From NCBI GenBank assembly GCA_038884755.1, contig JAWABJ010000001.1, forward strand, positions 192,001-256,000: a stretch of 64,000 bases of DNA, in the 5' to 3' direction. Every line of letters starts with the position of its first letter. Position 1 is the first letter of the stretch. Below, piece by piece: positions 10,024-18,617 of the stretch. The notes below the pieces were generated by a model. The model was not told the origin of the DNA. It saw only the letters and a program-made list of their open reading frames with translations, and did no database searches. Origin of the DNA: Candidatus Norongarragalinales archaeon (GTDB lineage: Archaea > Micrarchaeota > Micrarchaeia > Norongarragalinales > Norongarragalinaceae). The translations under genes were made by a program, and so were the position numbers.

Positions 10024-11451
10024 TTGAGCAAGACGAAAATCGTTTGCACCCTCGGCCCTTCCACTTCGTCCGAGGAAACTATACGCAAGCTCGCGCGCAA
10101 GGGCATGGACGTTGCGCGCTTGAACTTTTCCCACGGCAGGCTTTCCGACCACGCTAGAATGATTTCCTTAGTGAAGAAAGTGCGGCGCGAATTGGGGGTT
10201 CCGATTGCGATTCTTGCGGACTTGCAGGGTCCGCGCATTCGAACCGGCGTTTTCAAGAGCGGAAAGGCGGAATTGAAGCGCGGGAGCACGGTGCTCGTCA
10301 ATTCCGAGAGCGATTTCGTCGGTTCCGGCCGCGAGTTCAGCATTCCTTACGCCCGCTTGTCCAAGGAAGTGGGCGTGGGCGACAGGATTTTCATCGACGG
10401 CGGGCTCATCGAGCTTTTGGTCGTGGGAAAGAAAAACGGGGTTTTGGCTGCAGAGGTCGTTGAAGGCGGGGAAGTGGGCGACCACAAGGGCGTCAACCTT
10501 CCCAACGCCGACATTTCACTCAACTCCCTCACCCGCAAGGACTTGCGCGACTTGAAGTTTTTGCAGTCTCAAAACGCGGATTACGTGGCGCAGAGCTTCG
10601 TGCGCGTAGCGGGAGACGTGATGTTTTTGAAAAAAAAGCTTTCCAGGTGGAAGCTCAAGCCGAAAGTAATTGCAAAGATAGAGACTGCTAAGGCGCTGTA
10701 CGACATTGATGCGATAATCGACGAGAGCGACGGCATAATGATCGCGCGCGGGGATTTGGGCATAGAGCTCAACCCCGAGGAAGTGCCGTTAATCCAAAAA
10801 AGCTTGATTAAAAAGTGCAACGCGGCTTTCAAGCCCGTCATTACTGCAACGCAGATGCTCGAGAGCATGACGTACTCTCCCATTCCCACGCGTGCGGAGG
10901 CGAGCGATGTTGCGAACGCAGTTCTCGACGGAACCGACGCGTTGATGCTCAGCGGCGAGACCGCGATGGGAAAATACCCTTTGAAGGCAGTGGAAACTAT
11001 GGATTCGATAGCCAAGAAGGCGGAATTCGTCTTGACGCACGCCCCGCACTTCGACTCTTTCGAGGGAAAGCCCCTTCATCATTCCATAGTCGAGGCGATA
11101 AGCGGCGCAGTCACGCACACGGCTTTTCACTTGAAGGCGAAGTTCATCGTCGCCTATACCACGCACGGAACTACTGCGAGGCTGATTTCAAAACACAAGC
11201 CTCCCCAGAAAATAATCGCTTTCACCCCCCACGAGTCGGCGCGAAACCAGTGCGCGTTGTTGTGGGGCGTCGAACCGCTGCTTTTGCGCAAGGCGGGCGG
11301 GCTGGAAGATTTCACGCGCATGGCGGAAACGGAATTGAAGGCGAGAAAGCTCGTGAAGAAAGGCGATTTGCTTGTTTTGACCGCGGGCATTCCGCTTGAA
11401 GTGAGCGGGAACACGAACGTAATGAAAGTGCACGTGGTAAACGGCTTTTGA
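10024..11451 (+). CDS. pyk: Pyruvate kinase
   Basis: TKIVCTLGP, RLNFSHG, IAKIE, MIARGDLG, ATQMLESM, MLSGETA. Confidence 0.98.
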   Translation: MSKTKIVCTLGPSTSSEETIRKLARKGMDVARLNFSHGRLSDHARMISLVKKVRRELGVPIAILADLQGPRIRTGVFKSGKAELKRGSTVLVNSESDFVGSGREFSIPYARLSKEVGVGDRIFIDGGLIELLVVGKKNGVLAAEVVEGGEVGDHKGVNLPNADISLNSLTRKDLRDLKFLQSQNADYVAQSFVRVAGDVMFLKKKLSRWKLKPKVIAKIETAKALYDIDAIIDESDGIMIARGDLGIELNPEEVPLIQKSLIKKCNAAFKPVITATQMLESMTYSPIPTRAEASDVANAVLDGTDALMLSGETAMGKYPLKAVETMDSIAKKAEFVLTHAPHFDSFEGKPLHHSIVEAISGAVTHTAFHLKAKFIVAYTTHGTTARLISKHKPPQKIIAFTPHESARNQCALLWGVEPLLLRKAGGLEDFTRMAETELKARKLVKKGDLLVLTAGIPLEVSGNTNVMKVHVVNGF

Positions 11452-11476
11452 CTTTGTTTTGCTTGCCTTTTTTTTT

Positions 11477-14400
11477 TCAAACGAAGTTTGCTAGCGAAAA
11501 CTGCTTTTCGGCTTTTTCGCGAAACACTTCCTTTATCTCGCGTTCGATGAGCATGAGCCTTTGCTTGAGGTATTCCGGCAAATCAAACCGTTCCGCCATT
11601 TCCTTGGCGATGCCGAGGTACTTTTCAATTCCCGCCTTGTGTATAGTGAGCAAAAGCTTTCCGCCGCACTTGCGGCATTTGCCAGCCAAAGGCGGGCGGC
11701 GGTATTTAGCGTTGCATTCGCCGCAGCGGAATTTCTGGCGGGAGAACGAGCGCAGGTTCCCGTAAAGGTCCGGGAAAAAGTGCGAGAGGATTATGCGTTC
11801 GGCCGCCTGTTGCGCGTCGACGGCGCGGATTTTTTCCATCAGGCGCAGTTCGGCCTCGAGTTTTTGCTGCATGCTTGTGGCGAGCTTGACGTAGCTGCTT
11901 CTGAAGGGCGTGAGCGGGTCTATGGTGCAGGCGTGCGTGAACCCTATGCCTTCGTACTGCTGTTCCTTTCCGAGCGTGTCGGAAATTGTTTCTATCTGCA
12001 CTTCGCCGGGACTGGAGTAGTTGAGCGTAGCTTGGTAGAATTCCAGTGGGTAAGCCCACGCCCGGTCCATGGCGTGCACTTCGTCGTCCACTTCCAGTGG
12101 GTCGAGAATGGTCGTCAGCACGAGCGGCGCGTCCATTTTCCCGCCGCGCGTTTCCGGCAGGAATTCACGGGAAAAATTAAGGAGCCCGTCCATCATCATT
12201 ATTATCGCTAGTTCATCTCCGTCCGCGTTTCTCCGGCAGGCGCAGTGCAGGTAAGGGTGCGCTATTATGCCTTGCACTTGCGCGTAGCCTATGACCCTGC
12301 ACACTATTCCTGCTGAAGTGTGCGGGGCGATTGCGATGCTTTGCGTTCCCACCAAGTCCTTTTCGCTCGAGGCGTTGTAGAATGCCGGCAAGTTGTAAAA
12401 GTAAACGAGCAAATCGTCGATGAAGCGGGAAACGCGCAGCAAATACTGCATGCACTCTTGCGAAACGATGATGTCTTGGGGTTTGAGTTCCACGAGCTGG
12501 CTTTCGTTTTCCAACGCGTTTCCAAGCGCGTCTTTCTCGTAACCCATTTCCCTGAGTTTTTCCACGCTCGTGCCTATTTCGGCGGGGTAAAAGTGCGTGC
12601 ACGGGATTTCGGTCGCGTCAAAGCGGCTGGTGCCGTCTCGGAACACGGTGATTCCGTGCTTTGCTCGAAGAAAGCCTTTCTCGAGGGCTTCTGGCGTTTT
12701 TCTCGCGGAAATCAGGCCTTGCACCGCCTTGACTTCGTCGGGCACGAGCCCAGTTTTTGCAATGGCGTTGTCGACCGCGCGTACTAGGTTGAGCTGCTGA
12801 ATTTCGAACGCAGCGCCTTCGCTTCCACACTGGCATTCTTGTTTTTCGTTGAGCCTTCCGCACTTGGGGCATTTGAATGCGGGCGTGGTCTTCCCGCCGC
12901 AATCGCATTTTCTCGCCCAGTTTTGCTTTCCACAATCCGCGCACTTTCTCACTTCAAGTTCGAATTCGGCAGTGGGGCTTCCGCCGGATTGCTTGACCGT
13001 AGCGTAAGCTTTCTTTACGCTTCGCACTTTTCCGCCCAGGAAGCCGATGGGGAAAAGCGAGTGAACGGGCGGCTTCATCTTGCGCTCGCGGCTTTTTTCA
13101 GGCCTGCCCATAGCGCTTCCAACGTAAACCCCGCTTTTTCCGCGGATTTCGAACGGCGAGACAGAGTTTATTATTTGCAAAACGCTTTTGTCCTTGCTTT
13201 CGGCAATCGCCTTTCTCACTGCCGAAGCGTCTAGTTTTTTGCTTTTCAGCATTCCCAATGGCGCGAGGAGGGAAAGCGCGGCGTCCTTGCCGAAAATTAT
13301 TTCACTTTCTTTCACCGAATGCTCGACGCCGAGGTTTTCGAGAATGGTTTTTTCCTGCGCGAGAGGCAGGGAAAAGCTCTTGAATTCGAACCACTCCATT
13401 TCCAGCCTGCCTTTTTCCAAGTACGCCACGAGTTTTTCCAATTCTTCGGCGTTCAAGTCGCTCCAGAACAGAGTGTGAGAAGGCGCGAGGGGGACGCCGT
13501 GTTTTTCGCAAAGTTCTTTCGCGCCGTCGAAGGAAATGGTCTTGAGTTCTTGCGCAGTTTTCTCTATTCCCCTGCCTTTCAACTCTAGGGCAAGCCACTC
13601 TTCCACCCACGGGGAAGGGACGAGCGGGTGGGCGCTCTTGTTGAAATCGCCGTAGCAGCACAGCATGTCGCCGAGAAAAAGTATTTCCTTGACTTTGTTG
13701 CGCAGCGCGTAAGCCTCGTCAATGTTCGATATTTTTTTTACGCTGTCGTCGTCCAAAAGCACTATGGGCCCGTCGATAGTTTCGCAGGGGGTTACGATGC
13801 ACCCTTTAGCTGGGCGTTCGGTTTTCACTTGAGTGCCGAACACAGGAAAATCGTCCAGCAAAACCATTGTGGCAGGGTGAATTGCTTTGGCCAGAATTCC
13901 AGTGAACCGAGTTCTGCCGTAGCGAAGGCGGAAGCCGCCTTTGCGCATGGGGAAAGAGAATATCGGGCGTCCAGCGACGATTTCTTCCATGAACCTTTCG
14001 TTCGGCTTTATTTCGACTTTCTTCGCTTCTTGCTTGGCGACTTTAATCAAATTCTCGAGCCACTGCCAGTCGAGCCCGTTTTTTTTCGCGATTTTCAAGA
14101 CTTTCGCCGCTTTCAAGCACACGCCTTCGCCTATCACCAGGCACACGCCGCTTCTCACGCGGTTGGTTTCTATCGAGGCTACGTCCCTGTTCACGCTCAC
14201 TTCATATTCTTCGGTGGGCTCTCCATCTATGCGGACGGGGCAGTTTTTCACCACCCAAATTGTTTCTTCGCGCGTCGGCACGTATTGTCCAGCGCGTGTT
14301 TTGCGCGCGTACAATCCTGTTTCTTCAACATAGCGTTCGAGCTCGCTTTCGAGCGGGCGGTACTCTCGGATGCCGAAAAACTTCCTGCAATAATCCGCCA

Positions 14401-14911
14401 GTAGCAGGGCGAACGCCTGTCCCGTTCCCCCTGCCCCGCGTATCGGGCCTGCAAAGTACACGCCAACGTAATCGCTCCCGTCTGGGTTTTGCTTGATTTT
14501 TATTTTCGAAACGCCTTCAATCGGCGCCGAAACCACCCCTTCCGTGAAAAGCGCGAGGCCGGTGCGCACCGCCTGTTCGATGAGCTTTTCCTTGTCTTCC
14601 TTGGAATCGGTTTTTTCCTGGCTTTCTTGCAATGAAAACTGTTTTTCCAGGATTTTCTTAGCGATTTCAAAGCAGGTTTTCTCACGGTTGTGCTGTTCGC
14701 CTAGAGCGCGTATCGTTTCCGCAACGCCTTTCGGCCCCACCAGTCCTTCGACGCGTGCGGCGACGTCTTGCGCAGGCGCTATTTCCACTGTTGCTACGGG
14801 GTCGAGGTTTCTTTCCCTCGCTTTCCCAGCTGCTTCCAACTGCTTCTGCAATTCGCCTTCAAGCATTCTGAAGTAGCCTTTCATTTCCTGCGAAGAGTTC
14901 TGGGTGTTCAC
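11477..14911 (-). CDS. polC: DNA polymerase D large subunit DP2
   Basis: YFAGPIRGAGGT, GGFRLRYGR, MGRPEKS, RRNADGDE, C-terminal CxxC..CxxC; no intein-sized insertion seen. Confidence 0.98.
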   Translation of the reverse strand: MNTQNSSQEMKGYFRMLEGELQKQLEAAGKARERNLDPVATVEIAPAQDVAARVEGLVGPKGVAETIRALGEQHNREKTCFEIAKKILEKQFSLQESQEKTDSKEDKEKLIEQAVRTGLALFTEGVVSAPIEGVSKIKIKQNPDGSDYVGVYFAGPIRGAGGTGQAFALLLADYCRKFFGIREYRPLESELERYVEETGLYARKTRAGQYVPTREETIWVVKNCPVRIDGEPTEEYEVSVNRDVASIETNRVRSGVCLVIGEGVCLKAAKVLKIAKKNGLDWQWLENLIKVAKQEAKKVEIKPNERFMEEIVAGRPIFSFPMRKGGFRLRYGRTRFTGILAKAIHPATMVLLDDFPVFGTQVKTERPAKGCIVTPCETIDGPIVLLDDDSVKKISNIDEAYALRNKVKEILFLGDMLCCYGDFNKSAHPLVPSPWVEEWLALELKGRGIEKTAQELKTISFDGAKELCEKHGVPLAPSHTLFWSDLNAEELEKLVAYLEKGRLEMEWFEFKSFSLPLAQEKTILENLGVEHSVKESEIIFGKDAALSLLAPLGMLKSKKLDASAVRKAIAESKDKSVLQIINSVSPFEIRGKSGVYVGSAMGRPEKSRERKMKPPVHSLFPIGFLGGKVRSVKKAYATVKQSGGSPTAEFELEVRKCADCGKQNWARKCDCGGKTTPAFKCPKCGRLNEKQECQCGSEGAAFEIQQLNLVRAVDNAIAKTGLVPDEVKAVQGLISARKTPEALEKGFLRAKHGITVFRDGTSRFDATEIPCTHFYPAEIGTSVEKLREMGYEKDALGNALENESQLVELKPQDIIVSQECMQYLLRVSRFIDDLLVYFYNLPAFYNASSEKDLVGTQSIAIAPHTSAGIVCRVIGYAQVQGIIAHPYLHCACRRNADGDELAIIMMMDGLLNFSREFLPETRGGKMDAPLVLTTILDPLEVDDEVHAMDRAWAYPLEFYQATLNYSSPGEVQIETISDTLGKEQQYEGIGFTHACTIDPLTPFRSSYVKLATSMQQKLEAELRLMEKIRAVDAQQAAERIILSHFFPDLYGNLRSFSRQKFRCGECNAKYRRPPLAGKCRKCGGKLLLTIHKAGIEKYLGIAKEMAERFDLPEYLKQRLMLIEREIKEVFREKAEKQFSLANFV

Positions 14912-16431
14912 GCTTTCATCCTCTTGCTTTCGCTTTCGTCGTTGAAGTCAAGTATTTTCAAGGCGCCCGTGCGAATGTCGTAGACCGGCATGAGGCAAGG
15001 CGTGGGTTTCCTGCCCATGCTTTTCTGGTAGTCGGTTTCGCCTTGCCACGTTCCCGAGTTTATTATTACCGTGCCGTTGTAGTCGAACGAAGCGTTCTTG
15101 TGCACGTGCCCGAAGTGGAAAATGTCCGGCACTTCTTCCACGACCATCCCGTCTTCCGGCGAGGGGACTATTGGCTTTTCGCCGTAAGTGGGGCACAAGT
15201 GCCTGCGGCGGAGAATTTCAACCGCCACTTTTTCCGGATGGTCGAAAGCGTCGCCCAGCTTTTGCGAGTTGGAAACAAGCGCGTCGAACGAAGTGCCGTG
15301 GTATACGAGGATTTTCAGCCCGTGCACGCGCAGGAGGCACGGGTTGGGAATGAAGCGGATGTTTTCCTGGTTGAGCTCGTGCACGAATTCGTTTGGAAGG
15401 GTGGGCTGGGGTTCGGCGTCGCGCACCGCGTCGTGGTTGCCAGGGCAAATCACGACTTGAATGTCATTAGGAATTTTCTTGAGGTATTGAGAAAGCAAAG
15501 AATATTGTTCAAAAATGTTTTTCGTGACGAGCTGCTTTTCCTGCGAAGGGTATACGCCTACGCCGTCGACAACGTCGCCCGCGATTATCACGTAGCGAAT
15601 TGTTTTTGCTATACGCCGTTCTTCCTCGCTTCCCGTTCCGTTGAGGAACGCCAACGCTTTTTCAAAGCGGTCTTCCAGAAAATATTTGCTTCCCACGTGC
15701 AAGTCGCTCAAGAACGCTATGCTGGCTTCTCCTTCAACCTGCACTGTTTTCTTCTGCCGCATGGGCACTCCCGGCCACACCACGTTTTCGACGAGGAACA
15801 GTCCTTGCGAGTAGACGCCGTCGACCGCTACCACGTCGTCCAGCCACAGTTCTTGGGCTTTTTCCATGGCGGGCTTGTTCTGCTGCGCTACGCAAGTCAT
15901 CACGCCAGTCTCGTCTTCGATTTCGAACCGCAAATTCCCTTTCTTGGTCACGCCCTTGCTTCCAACCATGCCGATTATTCTGGATTTCCTGCGTTCAAGC
16001 GCGCCTTTAGCGTGTTCTATCGAAATCACGCCGTTCGCTGCCGAAACCCTGTTTTTAAGTATGCTTGAAAGCTTGTGGAATCTGTTGCGGAAGTGCGCGA
16101 TGAAGTCTTCGACAGTTCCGTCGCAGTCGAATTTCTTGAACGGGGGGATTTCCAGGGAATGCACGAACCCGTTCTCGCGCGCCGGAGAGGGCGCGTACTG
16201 CCTTTTTTCTACCTGCACTATCGCCTGCCCGGCTTTCTTCCCCTGGTTTTTTTCCGACACGATTTCGCCTACCGACGCCAGGGTTATGACCGGCTGCTTT
16301 TTTTCTTCCGCCTTGCTCTCAGCTTCCAGCAGGATTTCAAGCGCTTCATCTTGCGGCATTGCGGCGAGTTTTTCCAAAACTCCGCTTTCCAGTAGTAGCT
16401 TCCTCTGCTTCACCACCTGCCTCAAATCCAC
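14908..16431 (-). CDS. polB: DNA polymerase D small subunit DP1
   Basis: OB fold plus phosphoesterase motifs SDLHVGS, GDVVDG, PGNHD, YHG, FHFGHVH; overlaps the DP2 start. Confidence 0.97.
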   Translation of the reverse strand: MDLRQVVKQRKLLLESGVLEKLAAMPQDEALEILLEAESKAEEKKQPVITLASVGEIVSEKNQGKKAGQAIVQVEKRQYAPSPARENGFVHSLEIPPFKKFDCDGTVEDFIAHFRNRFHKLSSILKNRVSAANGVISIEHAKGALERRKSRIIGMVGSKGVTKKGNLRFEIEDETGVMTCVAQQNKPAMEKAQELWLDDVVAVDGVYSQGLFLVENVVWPGVPMRQKKTVQVEGEASIAFLSDLHVGSKYFLEDRFEKALAFLNGTGSEEERRIAKTIRYVIIAGDVVDGVGVYPSQEKQLVTKNIFEQYSLLSQYLKKIPNDIQVVICPGNHDAVRDAEPQPTLPNEFVHELNQENIRFIPNPCLLRVHGLKILVYHGTSFDALVSNSQKLGDAFDHPEKVAVEILRRRHLCPTYGEKPIVPSPEDGMVVEEVPDIFHFGHVHKNASFDYNGTVIINSGTWQGETDYQKSMGRKPTPCLMPVYDIRTGALKILDFNDESESKRMKA

Positions 16432-16584
16432 CGGAACACCCTTCGCGCAGCATTGCGCCTAGCCGTCTGTATAGCAAAAAAGCCTTCTTGCCTTAATCTC
16501 AATCTCACGATGGAATTTATTTCTTTTGCAACGCGCGCGTATCACAACTTTTTTAAGAGCGGTTTTACTGATGAAAGCGGGTGA

Positions 16585-18012
16585 ATGGGTAAAGTGGGCC
16601 TGGAAAACTCTAAGCTTATTGCGGCGTTTGCCCTTGCGCTATTGGCAATCCCGTTTTCCCACGCGGTTGAAAACTGCGCGGACTTGATACGCTTCGGCTA
16701 CTCGTCGAGTGCCATAATGCCCATTTACGGGCAGGACGTTTCGCCAGGCGGCGCGGTGGTTGCGGTAGTGTCGCTCAAACCCGTGGCTTTCTATTTGGGC
16801 GAAAACGGCTATGCCGAGTATTTCTTCACGGCTTTGGAAGACCAGTACCAGGGAGGAAAGCAGCTGATGGCCATAGGCGACGTGTTTTACAGGCACGAGA
16901 ATACCACTGGGTTCAACAACACTTACTTCCGCAAGGCAAAGCAAAAGCCAGTTTACGTCGAGAGCGGGGACGAATTCACGATAGAATTCCAGCCGGACTT
17001 CAAGCTAGAATACAAAGACCGTTCTTTCACCACGGGCGTGCTGAGGTTTTCTTCCACGAAGCCCATCGCCTTTGGAGCGGGATACGGGTTCGGAGACAGT
17101 GTGATTGCGCTTGCAGAAACGCTTGACCCGCTGGTCGCAGAGTTCAAGCGCGGGAGCATTTTCCTTGAATCCAAAGACGGGCTGGTTTACGTGCCTGACG
17201 GGAGAGTGCGGTTCGTAGGCTCTTGCACCGCCTCGTGCTCCGACCCGGACGTTACGGATTATTACTCCAACGCCACTTGCAAGTCCACCCTCGTCGACGG
17301 AAGCGATTACTGCCTAAGCGAGAGCGAGCTCGTGGAATTTTCGTGTTCTTTCCAAAACAACTGCGCCCCGAAGCAGTTCTCTTGCCCGTTCGGGTGCAAG
17401 GATGGCAAGTGCATTACCGGCGAGAAAGCGAAGTGCGAAGATTCCGACGGACTGAACTTAGCGCAGAGGGGAAGGACTTCCGGAAACTACCCCAACGGAT
17501 CGAAATTCTCGTTTCTCGACGAGTGTTCCGGAAGCACGAAGCTCATTGAATACTACTGCACTGAAGAAAAGGTTTTGAAGAAAAACGTTTTGGAATGCAA
17601 CGGCGGCTCGTGCGAGGACGGAGCTTGCGTTCCAGTGCCTACTGTTGCCGAGTGTTCCGACACCGACGGCGGGAGGGATTACGAAACTTCTGGCGTTTGC
17701 TCGGATTCCTCGGGAAGCTACCCCGACTCTTGTGCTGAAAGCTCGGTGGTGGAATACTATTGTGAATCCGGCTACTGCAAAACCATAGTTTCCCCGTGCT
17801 CGCAGTGCTCGGAAAACGCGTGCTCGAAAAGCGAACTCGTCCCAACGTCGAACACTGCACTGTTCGCAATCGTGGTTTTGGCTGTCGCAGTCTTGGCTTT
17901 CGCCCTCAGCATGCGCGGGAGGCGCAAGGAAACGCTGGCTTCGGAAATAGAAAAGATAAGCTACGAAGTTCCCAAGCCGCCGGCGTTCAAGAAAAGCGGA
18001 AAGAAAAAATAA
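16585..18012 (+). CDS. Cys-rich membrane-anchored surface protein with three C-x-D-[SPT]-D repeat modules
   Basis: Signal peptide; modules CSDPD.., CEDSDG.., CSDTDGG.., each with an E-[YF]-x-C segment; C-terminal TM and basic tail. Confidence 0.8.
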   Translation: MGKVGLENSKLIAAFALALLAIPFSHAVENCADLIRFGYSSSAIMPIYGQDVSPGGAVVAVVSLKPVAFYLGENGYAEYFFTALEDQYQGGKQLMAIGDVFYRHENTTGFNNTYFRKAKQKPVYVESGDEFTIEFQPDFKLEYKDRSFTTGVLRFSSTKPIAFGAGYGFGDSVIALAETLDPLVAEFKRGSIFLESKDGLVYVPDGRVRFVGSCTASCSDPDVTDYYSNATCKSTLVDGSDYCLSESELVEFSCSFQNNCAPKQFSCPFGCKDGKCITGEKAKCEDSDGLNLAQRGRTSGNYPNGSKFSFLDECSGSTKLIEYYCTEEKVLKKNVLECNGGSCEDGACVPVPTVAECSDTDGGRDYETSGVCSDSSGSYPDSCAESSVVEYYCESGYCKTIVSPCSQCSENACSKSELVPTSNTALFAIVVLAVAVLAFALSMRGRRKETLASEIEKISYEVPKPPAFKKSGKKK

Positions 18013-18057
18013 GCACAACCCCCACGTGGGTTTGGAGCAGGTAGGACGCAAAACTTT

Positions 18058-18333
18058 TTATCTTTCCTTGAGCGCTTCCAGTTCGCTGAGCAAATTCCAT
18101 ACCATGGTCCTGCCGTGCATGGGCAGGTTGATGTCGTTGCTTATCTCGTCCAACGCGTAAATCGCGCCGCTTACTGCGGTCGCAATATCCTCTTCTTTTT
18201 CCAGCCTTTCCTTGGCGAGGGAAATGTTGGTGCGCACGTTGCGCGGGATGCTCGTGTCCTGCAGTAGCCCGTCCAATAGGGGAATGAGCTTCTGTAACTC
18301 GGGATTTGCCGCCATGAGACACACCGTTTCCAT
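18058..18333 (-). CDS. UPF0147 family protein
   Basis: DTSIPRNVR, LDEISNDINLPMHGRTMVWNLLSELE. Confidence 0.92.
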   Translation of the reverse strand: METVCLMAANPELQKLIPLLDGLLQDTSIPRNVRTNISLAKERLEKEEDIATAVSGAIYALDEISNDINLPMHGRTMVWNLLSELEALKER

Positions 18334-18416
18334 CCAACCGACGTTTTCGTTTGAAAATAGCTTGCGCTTGTTTGCTACTCTTTTTGTGCAGGCACTCTTT
18401 TAATTGGTTCGCAAAG

Positions 18417-18492
18417 CGGGCCCGCCGCGATTTGAACGCGGGACCTTCCGCTTAGGAGGCAGATGCTCTCTTCCAGGCTGAGCTACGGGCCC
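18417..18492 (-). tRNA. tRNA-Arg(CCT), no intron
   Basis: GGGCCCG acceptor stem, TCTGC-CT-CCT-AA-GCGGA anticodon arm, CCGCG-TTCAAAT-CGCGG T arm. Confidence 0.95.
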
Positions 18493-18549
18493 AAACTTTC
18501 TTTTTCGCAAAAAGAAAGTTTGATCAAAGAAAAACGACGCAAAGAAAAA
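18493..18549. repeat. tRNA-associated TTTCTTT/AAAGAAA palindrome with extra purine tracts (copy 1)
   Basis: AAACTTTCTTTTT-CGC-AAAAAGAAAGTTT (18493-18521) abuts the tRNA-Arg 5' end; AAAGAAAAA again at 18526 and 18541. Confidence 0.8.
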
Positions 18550-18617
18550 CCAAAGGGAATTCCAGCCTATAAGAAACATGGCGGTTGGTTTTTATTTGCT
18601 TTTTGAATTCTGTATTC

